DNA of 64,000 nt from Eledone cirrhosa (taxonomy: Eukaryota). A program made the translations under genes and the position numbers. Shown here piece by piece: positions 43,718-57,866 of the stretch. Each line of letters begins with the position of its first letter. Position 1 is the first letter of the stretch. The stretch is from the NCBI GenBank assembly GCA_964016885.1, contig OZ024745.1:23312001-23376000 (forward strand), in the 5' to 3' direction. Below the pieces are notes generated by a model, which was not told the origin of the DNA, searched no databases, and saw only the letters and a program-made list of their open reading frames with translations.

Positions 43718-44470
43718 TTGCTATATATATAATATATATAATATATATATAATATATATAATATATATATATTATATATATTATATATATAACAAATAGA
43801 TTGATGGACGTTATATAGTCGTTAGCTTGAGTTGGACGTGTCACACGTGATGTTGTCTACTCCACCAGCGTTACCATAGCACTAAACAACAGCAACTGCA
43901 GTCTATATCTTCGTCGTCGCCACCATCATTAAACCATCAACGATAACAACAGTAACAACAACAATCGTATTACTACTTTATTTCATCTGAAGCCAACACA
44001 CATCTTCCTGTTTACATTAAAGATATTTTGTGAATAATCACTGAAACGGGCCTATAGTAAAAGGTTTCCAGTCGTGACCATCCTACCTCGTTATAGCCAG
44101 AGTGTATTAATCTAGGATTAAATTCCCCAGTGTTTCATTCGCTGTTTGAAAACATTACTATAAATTTGAGTGATACATGGGTGCTATTTCTAGTATATCG
44201 AGAATTCAAATTGATATACAATACAAATTGTGGTGTTTCACACGATTGATTAAGGAAGAATATGACATTGAGGAAAACAAATCAATGAAATAATAAGAAA
44301 CTAAAGTTTGACAGTCTTAACCAAAGACGTGTTGGAATTTGTCAGGCGAGTAAAAACAAAACAAAACAAAAACCTATTTTCTAGAACATTCTTGGTAGGA
44401 AATCTCTAAAATACAATACCCAAATACATTGTTTAACAATCACATTGCTTTCTTTCGTGTGATTTACACA

Positions 44471-44885
44471 TCTATATATCTAAAACAGAGAATGTCTGTC
44501 TGTCTGTCTGACTCCCTAAAACTCGAAAACCACCCAACTGATTGTTTTCAAACTTTACACATGTAACACCTAGGGACCGCATTAGGCGATTTAGCGATCT
44601 CTCTATAATTCTTAGTCTTTCTTTTTAGATAGATACATAGCTACAACGTCGTGCCCTTATAATATCTGTCTGTATGTCTGGCTGTCTGCACTACGACATT
44701 ATGACGTTATCTGTGTGTGTGTGTGTGTATATATATGTGTATATATAGTGTGTGTATATATATATATATATATAGTGTGTAACGTTTTTCGAAATATTAA
44801 CTTCTGCGTTCACAGATTGAATTTTTTTAGTTTCAGAAGATCCCGTTAAGGGTGAAAGCAGCGATTCTTTGCTTAAATTTTAATC

Positions 44886-44926
<41 letters not shown>

Positions 44927-45072
44927 TATATTCGTGTACAGATATTTTTGCATACACAATAACAAAATATAAACAAACGTATTTATTTCACGAGGCTCGA
45001 TAAGGATAAATATATATAAAATATATAAGAACCCTAGAACAAATACCGAGCAACGCCGGGCCATTCTGCTAG
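44471..45072 (+). mobile_element. Non-autonomous Helitron
   Basis: a|TCtatatat 5' end, (GTCT)n near 5' end, subterminal GC hairpin remnant ccgagcaacgccggg, CTAG|t 3' end, A|T insertion. Confidence 0.75.
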
Positions 45073-45594
45073 TATAATACTAAAGATATGAAAATATCAC
45101 GTATTTTTTTTTCGTGTAAATTGATGAATATATTATGTATTCTGCGTATAACAAATAAAAATGTAATGTGACGAATTTTCGAACCTTTTTTGATCGTTTG
45201 ACATCGATTTTTACGGAGTAGAAAGTAGTTACGAATATTTTTGGTTATATTATTTTTCCCAGTGACAAATAAAAAAACAAATGATAGATAAATAAATAAA
45301 ATATCTCAAAGAAATGGTTGAAGTGGGACAATGGCAGGAATTTAGATAATTCAAGCTGATGGTGATTTACTGCGACGACACTACTGTATGATTCGGGGAA
45401 TATTTGGGTGTTCTTTCCAGCTGGTCATATATTCAAACTGATACAAATTTTTAGATGTATAAATTTGATTAAAAAAGAAAATTAAGGTGAACAAGAAAAA
45501 AACAGGAAAAAAATCAATAAAAAATAATAACCTAGAAACAAATTTGACAAGCATTTGACAGTTATAACCAAACATTGACGTGTTGAAATTAGTC

Positions 45595-46200
45595 AAACAA
45601 CAACAACAATAGAACAACAACAATACAACAACAACAACAATACAACAATACAACAACAACAATACAACAACAACAACAATACAACAACAACAATACAACA
45701 ACAACAACAACAACAACAGCAACAACGGCAGCAACAAAAACAGCAACAACAACAATAACAGCAACGACAACAACAACAGCAAACAACAACAACAACAACA
45801 ACAACAACAGCAGCAGCAACAACAACAATAACAGCAACGACAACAACGACAACAACAGCAACAACAACAACAATAACAGCAACGACAACAACGACAACAA
45901 CAGCAATAACAACAACAACGACAAAAACTACTACAACAACAACAACAATAACAGCAACAACGACAAAAACTATTAAAACAACAACAATAACAGCAACAGC
46001 AACGACAACATCAACAACAACAACGACAACATCGACAACGCCGACAACTACAACAACGACAAAAACTACAACAACAACAACAACAACAACAACAGCAACA
46101 CCAACAACAACAACAATAATAACAGCAAGGACAACAACAACAACAACAACAACAGCAACAGCGACAAAAACCACCACCGCCACAACAACCATTACTACAA
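45595..46200. repeat. (CAA)n degenerate tract
   Basis: Direct reading. Confidence 0.9.
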
Positions 46201-46364
46201 AAAAAAAAAAACGAAATATTTTCAAGAAGTGTCTTTTGGAACATTTTTGGTATAAAATAAAGAAGATGAAAGTAAAATAATGGAAAAAAAATGAAGAAAA
46301 AACAATGCAAAAATTTAGAAAAGCAACTTCTAAAATATATAAATTGTCAACAACAAAACATTTA

Positions 46365-46400
<36 letters not shown>

Positions 46401-46599
46401 TAAATGTTTTGTCCTTTACGCTCTTTATATATATATATATATATATATCATAAATGTTTTATCCTTTACGCTCTTTCCTACATTCTTCTACACGCTACAC
46501 ATCTCAACTTACATTCACTTACATCTCTCTCTCCACCACCGGATCTTGTTAGCCGGAGATTTACCCATCTGCATTGTTGAGGCTTCCAAAACGACCTAA

Positions 46600-46651
<52 letters not shown>

Positions 46652-46932
46652 AATCATTAGATAAAATATATACAGTATTTCTTCTCCCAATCAGCATAAA
46701 TCAACCACACAAAAAATCATTTGAACGAGGCTATAAGTTTAAAATATACTTATGAAGAAACAATAGATAAATGATGTAGCTTTTTATCCGCGATTAACAG
46801 CTACAGAAAATTTACCTAGTATTTCTGATAGCCTGTAGAAATTGACTAGACATATAGTTAACCATACATAATTAGGTACAAAATCAAAGTTAGAAGAAAA
46901 AAATGTATATAAACATACCAAAATCATCAAAA

Positions 46933-47017
46933 TATCTCTACCCCCGGCGGATTCATTCCATTTTTGGATATATCCGATGTTGGATAAATCAACGAGGTTG
47001 GAAATCATCAGGAGATA
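46933..47017 (-). ncRNA. Degenerate hammerhead with branched stem II
   Basis: tatctc CTGATGA tttcca [36 nt] tggaat GAA tccgccggggg TA gagata; A15.1 is U. Confidence 0.55.
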
Positions 47018-47144
47018 AACTCAATTGGACAAAGATTTTTCTTACATGATCCCCGCCAGAAACGAATTCAAAATGGCTAAGAATCGTCATATATGTTATA
47101 ATAAATAAATTTGTTGAATTACTAGCAAATTAAATATCTCTTTG

Positions 47145-47217
<73 letters not shown>

Positions 47218-47248
47218 TATATATAATATATATATATATAATATATAT

Positions 47249-47350
47249 ATATTGTTATACTTTGGGAGGGTCATGTTGCCAATAAGAAACACACCCACCA
47301 GTGCGCGTGTTTCTTATTGGCAACATGACACTCTCAAAGTATAACAATAT
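47249..47350. repeat. About 100-bp hairpin next to (TA)n
   Basis: atattgttatactttg...aagaaacac / gtgtttctt...caaagtataacaatat. Confidence 0.85.
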
Positions 47351-47404
47351 CGCTTTCAACACACGTTTTCAGATAAAGAATCTTGCTAAACAAATTCAGA
47401 AACA

Positions 47405-47438
<34 letters not shown>

Positions 47439-47445
47439 ATATATA

Positions 47446-47855
47446 ATTGGAAAAGAATGAAATGAAATTTAATTTCTCACTCTTAGTACGGCTGATACTT
47501 AAATATAAGTATGTATACGTACATACATATATGTATACAGACGTACAGTAGTATGTATATATATACATACATGTACACATATATATAAGTATGTACGGGT
47601 TTACCGATCATTTATTATAATGTTCGGTTTGTTTGTAAACAAACAGCCCGAATTATGCCGTACAGTGTTTAGCAACCATCGTTGCCCTTTTGTTCAACAC
47701 TGACAAAGGAACGATGAACTAGTTTCAAGCTTATTAGCTATCGTCAGCATCGTATACCTTCCTGTCAGATGATTGAACGTTTGAAAGTATATACTTTCCT
47801 TATGCATATTAACGGCTGAGCAGCCTAATTTGCATATCGAGTGAGTTAGTCGGCC
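47446..47855 (-). mobile_element. Diverged monomer of the 30482-32072 family
   Basis: Colinear with 30482-30990; flanked by (TA)n. Confidence 0.8.
47711..47753 (-). ncRNA. Minimal type I hammerhead ribozyme
   Basis: acgatg CTGACGA t agc taataa gct t GAAA ctag TT catcgt. Confidence 0.82.
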
Positions 47856-47860
47856 GGGCG

Positions 47861-47896
<36 letters not shown>

Positions 47897-47905
<9 letters not shown>

Positions 47906-48618
47906 AGAATAGAAATGGCTGTGTAGTTGCTATTTAAGGTAACTAAAAATGCAGTGGGAATACGAAGAAAGCAAGAACGGCGGTGGGGGAGTTTTCCTCA
48001 TCAGTTGTCTACTGGGGGTCTCGGATATTTCTACGCTTTAAAGACAAGATATCTCGCTCCAGGGCGTCAATAACTGGATAAGTTATTAGGAAAATGGAAG
48101 GAGGGAAGCAAAGCAAAGGGGAAGAAAAGAGAAAACAGTAACAAAACAGCAAAAAAACAAACAAAACAAACAGCAAACCGAACAGCGTGCGAGCAACTAT
48201 AGGTAGGAAATCCAAGACTATTCGATAATAGAACTTAAGTTCGAGACCGAGTAATCGAGAGAAAGAAGACACACGTCTGATGGCCGCAGTTGTAAGTGAG
48301 AAGAGAACTGCTAAATGGTCAGGCGAGGGGGTGAAAGTGAGAGGGAGAAAGGGAGAGGAAGAAAGTGGGGTAAGAGTAGATAGGGAGAAAGGAAGGGGAA
48401 GAAAGAGGGGTGAGAGTAGAAAGTGGTGAAATAGATAGGTAGAAGGGGGAGAGAAGAATGGTCACAGCGAAAAACATGATGAAATATATGGAGAATAGAA
48501 ATGGCTGTGTAGTTGCTATTTAAGGTAGCTTAAAATGGAGTGGAAATAAGAAGAAAGCAAGAACGGGGGTGGGGGAGTTTTCCTCATCAGTTGTCTACTG
48601 GGGTCTGGGATATTTCTA
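47897..48618. repeat. About 135-bp terminal direct repeats (47897-48033 / 48484-48618) between (TA)n tracts
   Basis: atatatggagaatagaaatggctgtgtag...ggatatttcta occurs twice. Confidence 0.8.
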
Positions 48619-48924
48619 TATATATATATATATATTTATATAGATAGAAATATAAAGCTGAACGGGCTACAAAAAAATGTGATGTTATGTATCAATGTCT
48701 ATATGTATGTATATTTTATGTAAAACCCCCGCCATCACGTCTTGTAATGTCCCATTTTTGTACGCCCTTGTGACAAATAAAGAAAGATATCTATGTATGT
48801 ATGTGTCAGTCTGTTTGTCTATCTATGTATGTGTGTATGTGTGCATGTATCTATATGTGTATATGTCAGTCTGTCTGTATATCTATGTATGTGTGTATAT
48901 GTTATCTCTTTCTCTTAATTTCGA

Positions 48925-49415
48925 GTATATTTTTTTGACCGGCCACCTTCCTGGTGGCAAGGTTGTAAAAGAAAAGAAATTGTCATCCTTTGAATCGCAA
49001 GAATGTTTTGCAAATTTTGAAGGTGCCAGCTATCGCAGCCATTTGTAGACTATGAATTAGGGAGCTGCGCTTTTTGTCCGCAAATCCAAGTTCAGTCATA
49101 CTTTGGTCCAAGCGGGTTGGTATATAACCCGTAGCTCCAATAATGATGGGTATGAAGCTAAAGGTGTATCTTGGATATTGGATTTGTGAACTCCTCATCA
49201 ATGGTCCGTAGATGTCCTCCTTCTCCTGTATTTTTCTGACAACATTTACATCAAGTGGGCAGCTGATCTCCACAACAGAACACATTTTCAATGTGTGGTC
49301 CCAAACTACAATATCAGGCCGGTTGTGCTTTAATTTGGTGGCAGTTTATATTTTCAGGTTCCACCAGTATTCCTTAGTGCCATCTGTCTCAATATATTCT
49401 TCCTCGTTTGTTGTT
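48925..49415 (-). mobile_element. 3' fragment of an RLE-type non-LTR retrotransposon (R4/Dong-like)
   Basis: EYWWN..HNRPDIVVWD..VVEISCP..KEDIY..PIIIGATG (PD-(D/E)xK-like endonuclease), stop at 48983, short 3' UTR. Confidence 0.8.
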
Positions 49416-49418
49416 AAT

Positions 49419-49591
49419 TTATGTATGTATGTATGTATGTATGTATGTATGTATGTATGTATGTATGTATGTATGTATGTATGTATGTATGTATGTATGT
49501 AGGTATGTAAGTATGTATATATGTAAGTAAGTATGTATGTATATATGTAAGTAAGTATATATGTATGTGCGTATGTATATATGTAATTATG

Positions 49592-49622
<31 letters not shown>

Positions 49623-49723
49623 GCAAGTATGTATGTATGTATGTATATATGTAAGTATGTATATATGTATGTGTGTATGTATATATGTAATTATGTATGT
49701 ATGTATGTATGTATGTATGTATG

Positions 49724-49754
<31 letters not shown>

Positions 49755-49828
49755 GCAAGTATGTATGTATATATATGTAAGTAAATAAGTATGTATGTAT
49801 ATATGTAAGTAAGTAAGTATGTATGTAT
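49419..49828. repeat. (TATG)n microsatellite
   Basis: Direct reading. Confidence 0.95.
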
Positions 49829-50140
49829 GCGGATGGCTTTGTGGTTAGGCCATTCGGCTAGCAATCGTACGGAGGTGAGCTCGATTCTTGGCGGAGTGTT
49901 GTGTCCTTGAGCAAGACACTTTATTTCACGTTGCTCCAGTTCATCCAGCTGACATAAGTAGGCTGCACTCGTAATTCGAAGGCCAACCTTGTCATGTTTG
50001 ATGTCACGCTGAATCTCCCTGAGAACTACGTTAAGGGTATGCGTCACTGTGGGATTCTCAGTCAGTTTCTCGTTAATTTCTCTAGCTGTTCCGTTGATCG
50101 GATCAATTGGAACACTCATCGTCGTAACTGACGGAGTGCG
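49829..50140 (+). mobile_element. SINE family 2, near full length
   Basis: tggctttgtggttagg...ctcgattc...gtgttgtgtccttgagcaagacactttatttcacgttgctccag plus tail. Confidence 0.7.
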
Positions 50141-50439
50141 GTGCTTTTGTTGGCTAGTTTAAGGCCTGTTTTATATACATGATATGTTTTATGCTGTGAT
50201 TTAGTACAAAGGAGTTAAGCAGGGTCCATCTACAACCTTTACAGGAAGTGGAGGTGCATGGTTTAGTGGTATGTTGGGTCATAATGACGTGGCTTCGATT
50301 CTTGGACTGGGTTGTGTGTTGTGTTCTTGAGCAAAATTCTTCAGTTCAAGTTGCTTCAGTGTACTCAGCTGAAAATGAGTATCAACATTACCTAGGGGTT
50401 TAACTCTGCAATGGACTGAGAAGATATGGTGTTGTTTTA

Positions 50440-50745
50440 GGGAGATTTATCCGCTATTTCAGCAGGTCGAGTGATCATGAACAGGTCCCTTTGTTGACTG
50501 ATTCATCCTTCAGGTTCAGCTGTTATTTCTGGCAGGTCGAGTGATCCTGCAGAGGTTCTTTTGTCGACAACTGATTCACCCTTCAGTTTAGCTGCTATTT
50601 CTAGCAGGTTGAGTGATCATGCGGAGGTTCCTTTGAGGTTCCTTCGTCGACAACTGATTCACCTTTCAGGTTTAGTTGCTATTTCTAGCAGGTAGAGTGA
50701 CCATACAGAGGTTTCCTTGTTGACTGATGATTCACCCTTCAGTTT
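50440..50745. repeat. About 70-bp tandem repeat, 4 copies
   Basis: gctatttctagcaggtcgagtgatcat..gaggttcc..gactgattcacccttcag. Confidence 0.8.
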
Positions 50746-51496
50746 TCGGATATTTTATATTTATCTAGCTCTTATCATATTTCATTATGGATGCAACAGG
50801 TGAGGTTTTATGTGGCACAAACCTTTTGTTGGGTGAACTAGGTGTAAATTAGTTCGAATCTCGTAGTTGATTTTATCTCAAAAGATTTTTTTTCCTCTTT
50901 TCAGTTATTTTCTTCTTCTTCAATAGCTTTCGTTATCCCAAACTATTTAGTTAACAAATAAATAAATAAATAGATATGAACATTATTATATCGGTTGTGA
51001 GTGATAAGTCTGTCGTGTAAAATTCCTACTGTCAGCAATATCTAGAAGAAGTTCAAGTGAACCAAACTATCGCTGCCGTTCACCGATTAAAGAATTCTCA
51101 TAGAAAAGAAGAAGAAAAAAAAAGAGAAAATTGCAAACAGTTAGTACAAAAAAAAAAGAAAAAAAGAAGAAAGCAAAACGTCCCGGCAAAAAAAAAAAAA
51201 ATGTGCTGGATATATAGGATTCTGCTAGGAGGAGATTTGTTTAATGGACCGAAACTTGGTTGGGATAGACAGAACAGTTGTAGATTTCTTTACAGAGAAT
51301 GCTTTACACAGTTATCATAAATAGTGAAGAGATTCTTGTTTACATTCACTTGTATTTTGACAGACAAAGAAAAGATGGAATTTTTAGTGATATATACTGG
51401 CAGAAGGAGACATCAAATAGGGGATGGTTGGACTGGATCTGGTCAAGGGGACAGCATCTGGCCAAGGGGACTGACCATGCGGACTGAACCTGATAA

Positions 51497-54400
51497 AGGA
51501 GATTGAATCTGATCATGAGCACTGAATCTGACCAAGTGGATTGAATCTGACCAAGTAGTCCAGGTGACTGACCAAGGAGATTGAATCTGACCAAGTGGAT
51601 TGGATCTGACCAAGTGGATTGGATCTGACCAAGTGGATTGGATCTGACCAAGTGGATTGGATCTGACCAAGGAGATTGGATCTGACCAAGTGGATTGGAT
51701 CTGACCAAGTGGATTGGATCTGACCAAGTGGATTGAATCTGACCAAGGAGATTGGATCTGACCAAGTGGATTGGATCTGACCAAGTGGATTGAATCTGAC
51801 CAAGTGGATTGGATCTGACCAAGTGGATTGAATCTGACCAAGGAGATTGGATCTGACCAAGTGGATTGGATCTGACCAAGTGGATTGGATCTGACCAAGT
51901 GGATTGAATCTGACCAAGTGGATTGAATCTGACCAAGTGGATTGAATCTGACCAAGGAGATTGGATCTGACCAAGTGGATTGGATCTGACCAAGTGGATT
52001 GGATCTGACCAAGTGGATTGAATCTGACCAAGTGGATTGAATCTGACCAAGTGGATTGAATCTGACCAAGTGGATTGAATCTGACCAAGTGGATTGAATC
52101 TGACCAAGGAGATTGGATCTGACCAAGTGGATTGGATCTGACCAAGTGGATTGGATCTGACCAAGTGGATTGAATCTGACCAAGTGGATTGGATCTGACC
52201 AAGTGGATTGAATCTGACCAAGTGGATTGAATCTGACCAAGGAGATTGGATCTGACCAAGTGGATTGGATCTGACCAAGTGGATTGGATCTGACCAAGTG
52301 GATTGGATCTGACCAAGTGGATTGAATCTGACCAAGTGGATTGAATCTGACCAAGTGGATTGAATCTGACCAAGTGGATTGAATCTGACCAAGTGGATTG
52401 AATCTGACCAAGGAGATTGGATCTGACCAAGTGGATTGGATCTGACCAAGTGGATTGGATCTGACCAAGTGGATTGGATCTGACCAAGTGGATTGAATCT
52501 GACCAAGTGGATTGAATCTGACCAAGTGGATTGAATCTGACCAAGTGGATTGAATCTGACCAAGGAGATTGGATCTGACCAAGTGGATTGGATCTGACCA
52601 AGTGGATTGGATCTGACCAAGTGGATTGAATCTGACCAAGTGGATTGAATCTGACCAAGTGGATTGAATCTGACCAAGTGGATTGAATCTGACCAAGGAG
52701 ATTGGATCTGACCAAGTGGATTGAATCTGACCAAGTGGATTGAATCTGACCAAGTGGATTGAATCTGACCAAGTGGATTGAATCTGACCAAGTGGATTGA
52801 ATCTGACCAAGTGGATTGAATCTGACCAAGTGGATTGGATCTGACCAAGGAGATTGAATCTGACCAAGTGGATTCGATCTGACCAAGTGCATTGAATCTG
52901 ACCAAGGAGATTGGATCTGACCAAGTGGATTGGATCTGACCAAGTGGATTGGATCTGACCAAGTGGATTGGATCTGACCAAGTGGATTGAATCTGACCAA
53001 GTGGATTGAATCTGACCAAGTGGATTGAATCTGACCAAGTGGATTGGATCTGACCAAGTGGATTGAATCTGACCAAGTGGATTGGATCTGACCAAGTGGA
53101 TTGGATCTGACCAAGGAGATTGGATCTGACCAAGTGCATTGAATCTGACCAAGTGGATTGAATCTGACCAAGTGGATTGAATCTGACCAAGTGGATTGAA
53201 TCTGACCAAGTGGATTGAATCTGACCAAGTGGATTGGATCTGACCAAGTGGATTGGATCTGACCAAGTGGATTGAATCTGACCAAGTGGATTGAATCTGA
53301 CCAAGTGGATTGAATCTGACCAAGTGGATTGAATCTGACCAAGTGGATTGAATCTGACCAAGTGGATTGAATCTGACCAAGTGGATTGGATCTGACCAAG
53401 TGGATTGAATCTGACCAAGTGGATTGAATCTGACCAAGTGGATTGAATCTGACCAAGTGGATTGGATCTGACCAAGTGGATTGAATCTGACCAAGTGGAT
53501 TGAATCTGACCAAGTGGATTGAATCTGACCAAGTGGATTGAATCTGACCAAGTGGATTGAATCTGACCAAGTGGATTGAATCTGACCAAGTGGATTGGAT
53601 CTGACCAAGTGGATTGAATCTGACCAAGTGGATTGAATCTGACCAAGTGGATTGAATCTGACCAAGGAGATTGAATCTGACCAAGTGGATTGAATCTGAC
53701 CAAGTGGATTGAATCTGACCAAGTGGATTGAATCTGACCAAGTGGATTGGATCTGACCAAGTGGATTGGATCTGACCAAGGAGATTGGATCTGACCAAGT
53801 GGATTGAATCTGACCAAGTGGATTGAATCTGACCAAGTGGATTGGATCTGACCAAGGAGATTGGATCTGACCAAGTGCATTGAATCTGACCAAGTGGATT
53901 GAATCTGACCAAGTGGATTGAATCTGACCAAGTGGATTGAATCTGACCAAGTGGATTGAATCTGACCAAGTGGATTGGATCTGACCAAGTGGATTGAATC
54001 TGACCAAGGAGATTGGATCTGACCAAGTGGATTGAATCTGACCAAGTGGATTGAATCTGACCAAGTGGATTGGATCTGACCAAGGAGATTGGATCTGACC
54101 AAGTGCATTGAATCTGACCAAGTGGATTGAATCTGACCAAGTGGATTGAATCTGACCAAGTGGATTGAATCTGACCAAGTGGATTGAATCTGACCAAGTG
54201 GATTGGATCTGACCAAGTGGATTGAATCTGACCAAGGAGATTGGATCTGACCAAGTGGATTGGATCTGACCAAGTGGATTGAATCTGACCAAGTGGATTG
54301 AATCTGACCAAGTGGATTGAATCTGACCAAGTGGATTGAATCTGACCAAGTGGATTGGATCTGACCAAGGAGATTGGATCTGACCAAGTGGATTGAATCT

Positions 54401-57400
54401 GACCAAGTGGATTGAATCTGACCAAGTGGATTGAATCTGACCAAGTGGATTGAATCTGACCAAGTGGATTGGATCTGACCAAGTGGATTGAATCTGACCA
54501 AGGAGATTGGATCTGACCAAGTGGATTGAATCTGACCAAGTGGATTGGATCTGACCAAGTGGATTGGATCTGACCAAGGAGATTGGATCTGACCAAGTGG
54601 ATTGAATCTGACCAAGTGGATTGGATCTGACCAAGTGGATTGAATCTGACCAAGTGGATTGGATCTGACCAAGTGGATTGAATCTGACCAAGTGGATTGA
54701 ATCTGACCAAGTGGATTGGATCTGACCAAGTGGATTGAATCTGACCAAGGAGATTGGATCTGACCAAGTGGATTGAATCTGACCAAGTGGATTGAATCTG
54801 ACCAAGTGGATTGGATCTGACCAAGGAGATTGGATCTGACCAAGTGGATTGAATCTGACCAAGTGGATTGAATCTGACCAAGTGGATTGAATCTGACCAA
54901 GTGGATTGAATCTGACCAAGTGGATTGGATCTGACCAAGTGGATTGAATCTGACCAAGGAGATTGAATCTGACCAAGTGGATTGGATCTGACCAAGTGGA
55001 TTGAATCTGACCAAGGAGATTGGATCTGACCAAGTGGATTGAATCTGACCAAGTGGATTGAATCTGACCAAGTGGATTGGATCTGACCAAGTGGATTGAA
55101 TCTGACCAAGTGGATTGAATCTGACCAAGGAGATTGAATCTGACCAAGTGGATTGGATCTGACCAAGGAGATTGGATCTGACCAAGTGCATTGAATCTGA
55201 CCAAGTGGATTGAATCTGACCAAGTGGATTGAATCTGACCAAGTGGATTGAATCTGACCAAGTGGATTGAATCTGACCAAGTGGATTGAATCTGACCAAG
55301 TGGATTGAATCTGACCAAGTGGATTGAATCTGACCAAGTGGATTGGATCTGACCAAGGAGATTGGATCTGACCAAGTGGATTGAATCTGACCAAGTGGAT
55401 TGAATCTGACCAAGTGGATTGAATCTGACCAAGTGGATTGAATCTGACCAAGTGGATTGAATCTGACCAAGTGGATTGAATCTGACCAAGTGGATTGAAT
55501 CTGACCAAGTGGATTGAATCTGACCAAGTGGATTGAATCTGACCAAGTGGATTGGATCTGACCAAGGAGATTGGATCTGACCAAGTGCATTGAATCTGAC
55601 CAAGTGGATTGAATCTGACCAAGTGGATTGAATCTGACCAAGTGGATTGAATCTGACCAAGTGGATTGAATCTGACCAAGTGGATTGAATCTGACCAAGT
55701 GGATTGAATCTGACCAAGTGGATTGAATCTGACCAAGTGGATTGAATCTGACCAAGTGGATTGGATCTGACCAAGGAGATTGGATCTGACCAAGTGCATT
55801 GAATCTGACCAAGTGGATTGAATCTGACCAAGTGGATTGAATCTGACCAAGTGGATTGAATCTGACCAAGTGGATTGAATCTGACCAAGTGGATTGAATC
55901 TGACCAAGTGGATTGAATCTGACCAAGTGGATTGAATCTGACCAAGTGGATTGAATCTGACCAAGTGGATTGAATCTGACCAAGTGGATTGGATCTGACC
56001 AAGTGGATTGAATCTGACCAAGTGGATTGGATCTGACCAAGTGGATTGAATCTGACCAAGTGGATTGAATCTGACCAAGTGGATTGAATCTGACCAAGTG
56101 GATTGAATCTGACCAAGTGGATTGAATCTGACCAAGTGGATTGAATCTGACCAAGTGGATTGGATCTGACCAAGTGGATTGAATCTGACCAAGTGGATTG
56201 GATCTGACCAAGTGGATTGAATCTGACCAAGTGGATTGAATCTGACCAAGTGGATTGAATCTGACCAAGTGGATTGGATCTGACCAAGTGGATTGGATCT
56301 GACCAAGTGGATTGAATCTGACCAAGTGGATTGAATCTGACCAAGTGGATTGGATCTGACCAAGTGGATTGAATCTGACCAAGGAGATTGGATCTGACCA
56401 AGTGGATTGAATCTGACCAAGTGGATTGAATCTGACCAAGTGGATTGAATCTGACCAAGTGGATTGAATCTGACCAAGTGGATTGGATCTGACCAAGTGG
56501 ATTGAATCTGACCAAGTGGATTGAATCTGACCAAGGAGATTGGATCTGACCAAGTGGATTGGATCTGACCAAGTGGATTGAATCTGACCAAGGAGATTGG
56601 ATCTGACCAAGTGGATTGGATCTGACCAAGGAGATTGGATCTGACCAAGTGGATTGACTCTGACCAAGTGGATTGAATCTGACCAAGTGGATTGAATCTG
56701 ACCAAGTGGATTGGATCTGACCAAGTGGATTGAATCTGACCAAGGAGATTGGATCTGACCAAGTGGATTGGATCTGACCAAGGAGATTGGATCTGACCAA
56801 GTGGATTGACTCTGACCAAGTGGATTGAATCTGACCAAGTGGATTGAATCTGACCAAGTGGATTGGATCTGACCAAGTGGATTGAATCTGACCAAGGAGA
56901 TTGGATCTGACCAAGTGGATTGGATCTGACCAAGTGGATTGGATCTGACCAAGTGGATTGAATCTGACCAAGGAGATTGGATCTGACCAAGTGGATTGGA
57001 TCTGACCAAGGAGATTGGATCTGACCAAGTGGATTGACTCTGACCAAGTGGATTGAATCTGACCAAGTGGATTGAATCTGACCAAGTGGATTGAATCTGA
57101 CCAAGTGGATTGACTCTGACCAAGTGGATTGAATCTGACCAAGTGGATTGACTCTGACCAAGTGGATTGAATCTGACCAAGTGGATTGACTCTGACCAAG
57201 TGGATTGAATCTGACCAAGTGGATTGAATCTGACCAAGTGGATTGGATCTGACCAAGTGGATTGGATCTGACCAAGTGGATTGAATCTGACCAAGTGGAT
57301 TGAATCTGACCAAGTGGATTGAATCTGACCAAGTGGATTGAATCTGACCAAGTGGATTGACTCTGACCAAGTGGATTGAATCTGACCAAGTGGATTGAAT

Positions 57401-57866
57401 CTGACCAAGGAGATTGGATCTGACCAAGTGGATTGGATCTGACCAAGGAGATTGGATCTGACCAAGTGCATTGAATCTGACCAAGTGGATTGAATCTGAC
57501 CAAGTGGATTGACTCTGACCAAGTGGATTGAATCTGACCAAGTGGATTGAATCTGACCAAGTGGATTGAATCTGACCAAGTGGATTGACTCTGACCAAGT
57601 GGATTGAATCTGACCAAGTGGATTGAATCTGACCAAGTGGATTGACTCTGACCAAGTGGATTGAATCTGACCAAGTGGATTGAATCTGACCAAGTGGATT
57701 GAATCTGACCAAGTGGATTGAATCTGACCAAGTGGATTGAATCTGACCAAGTGGATTGAATCTGACCAAGGAGATTGGATCTGACCAAGTAGTCCAGGTG
57801 ACTGACCAAGGAGATTGAATCTGACCAAGTGGATTGGATCTGATCAAGGAGATTGAACATAACCAA
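51497..57866. repeat. 19-bp satellite (atctgaccaag[tg/ga]gattg[a/g] type), about 330 copies
   Basis: Direct reading; degenerate units at both edges. Confidence 0.97.

Noticed and set aside
47345-47376. tttatCTGAAAA..GAAA hammerhead-like string on the - strand
   Set aside because: G8 is missing and stems I and III do not form
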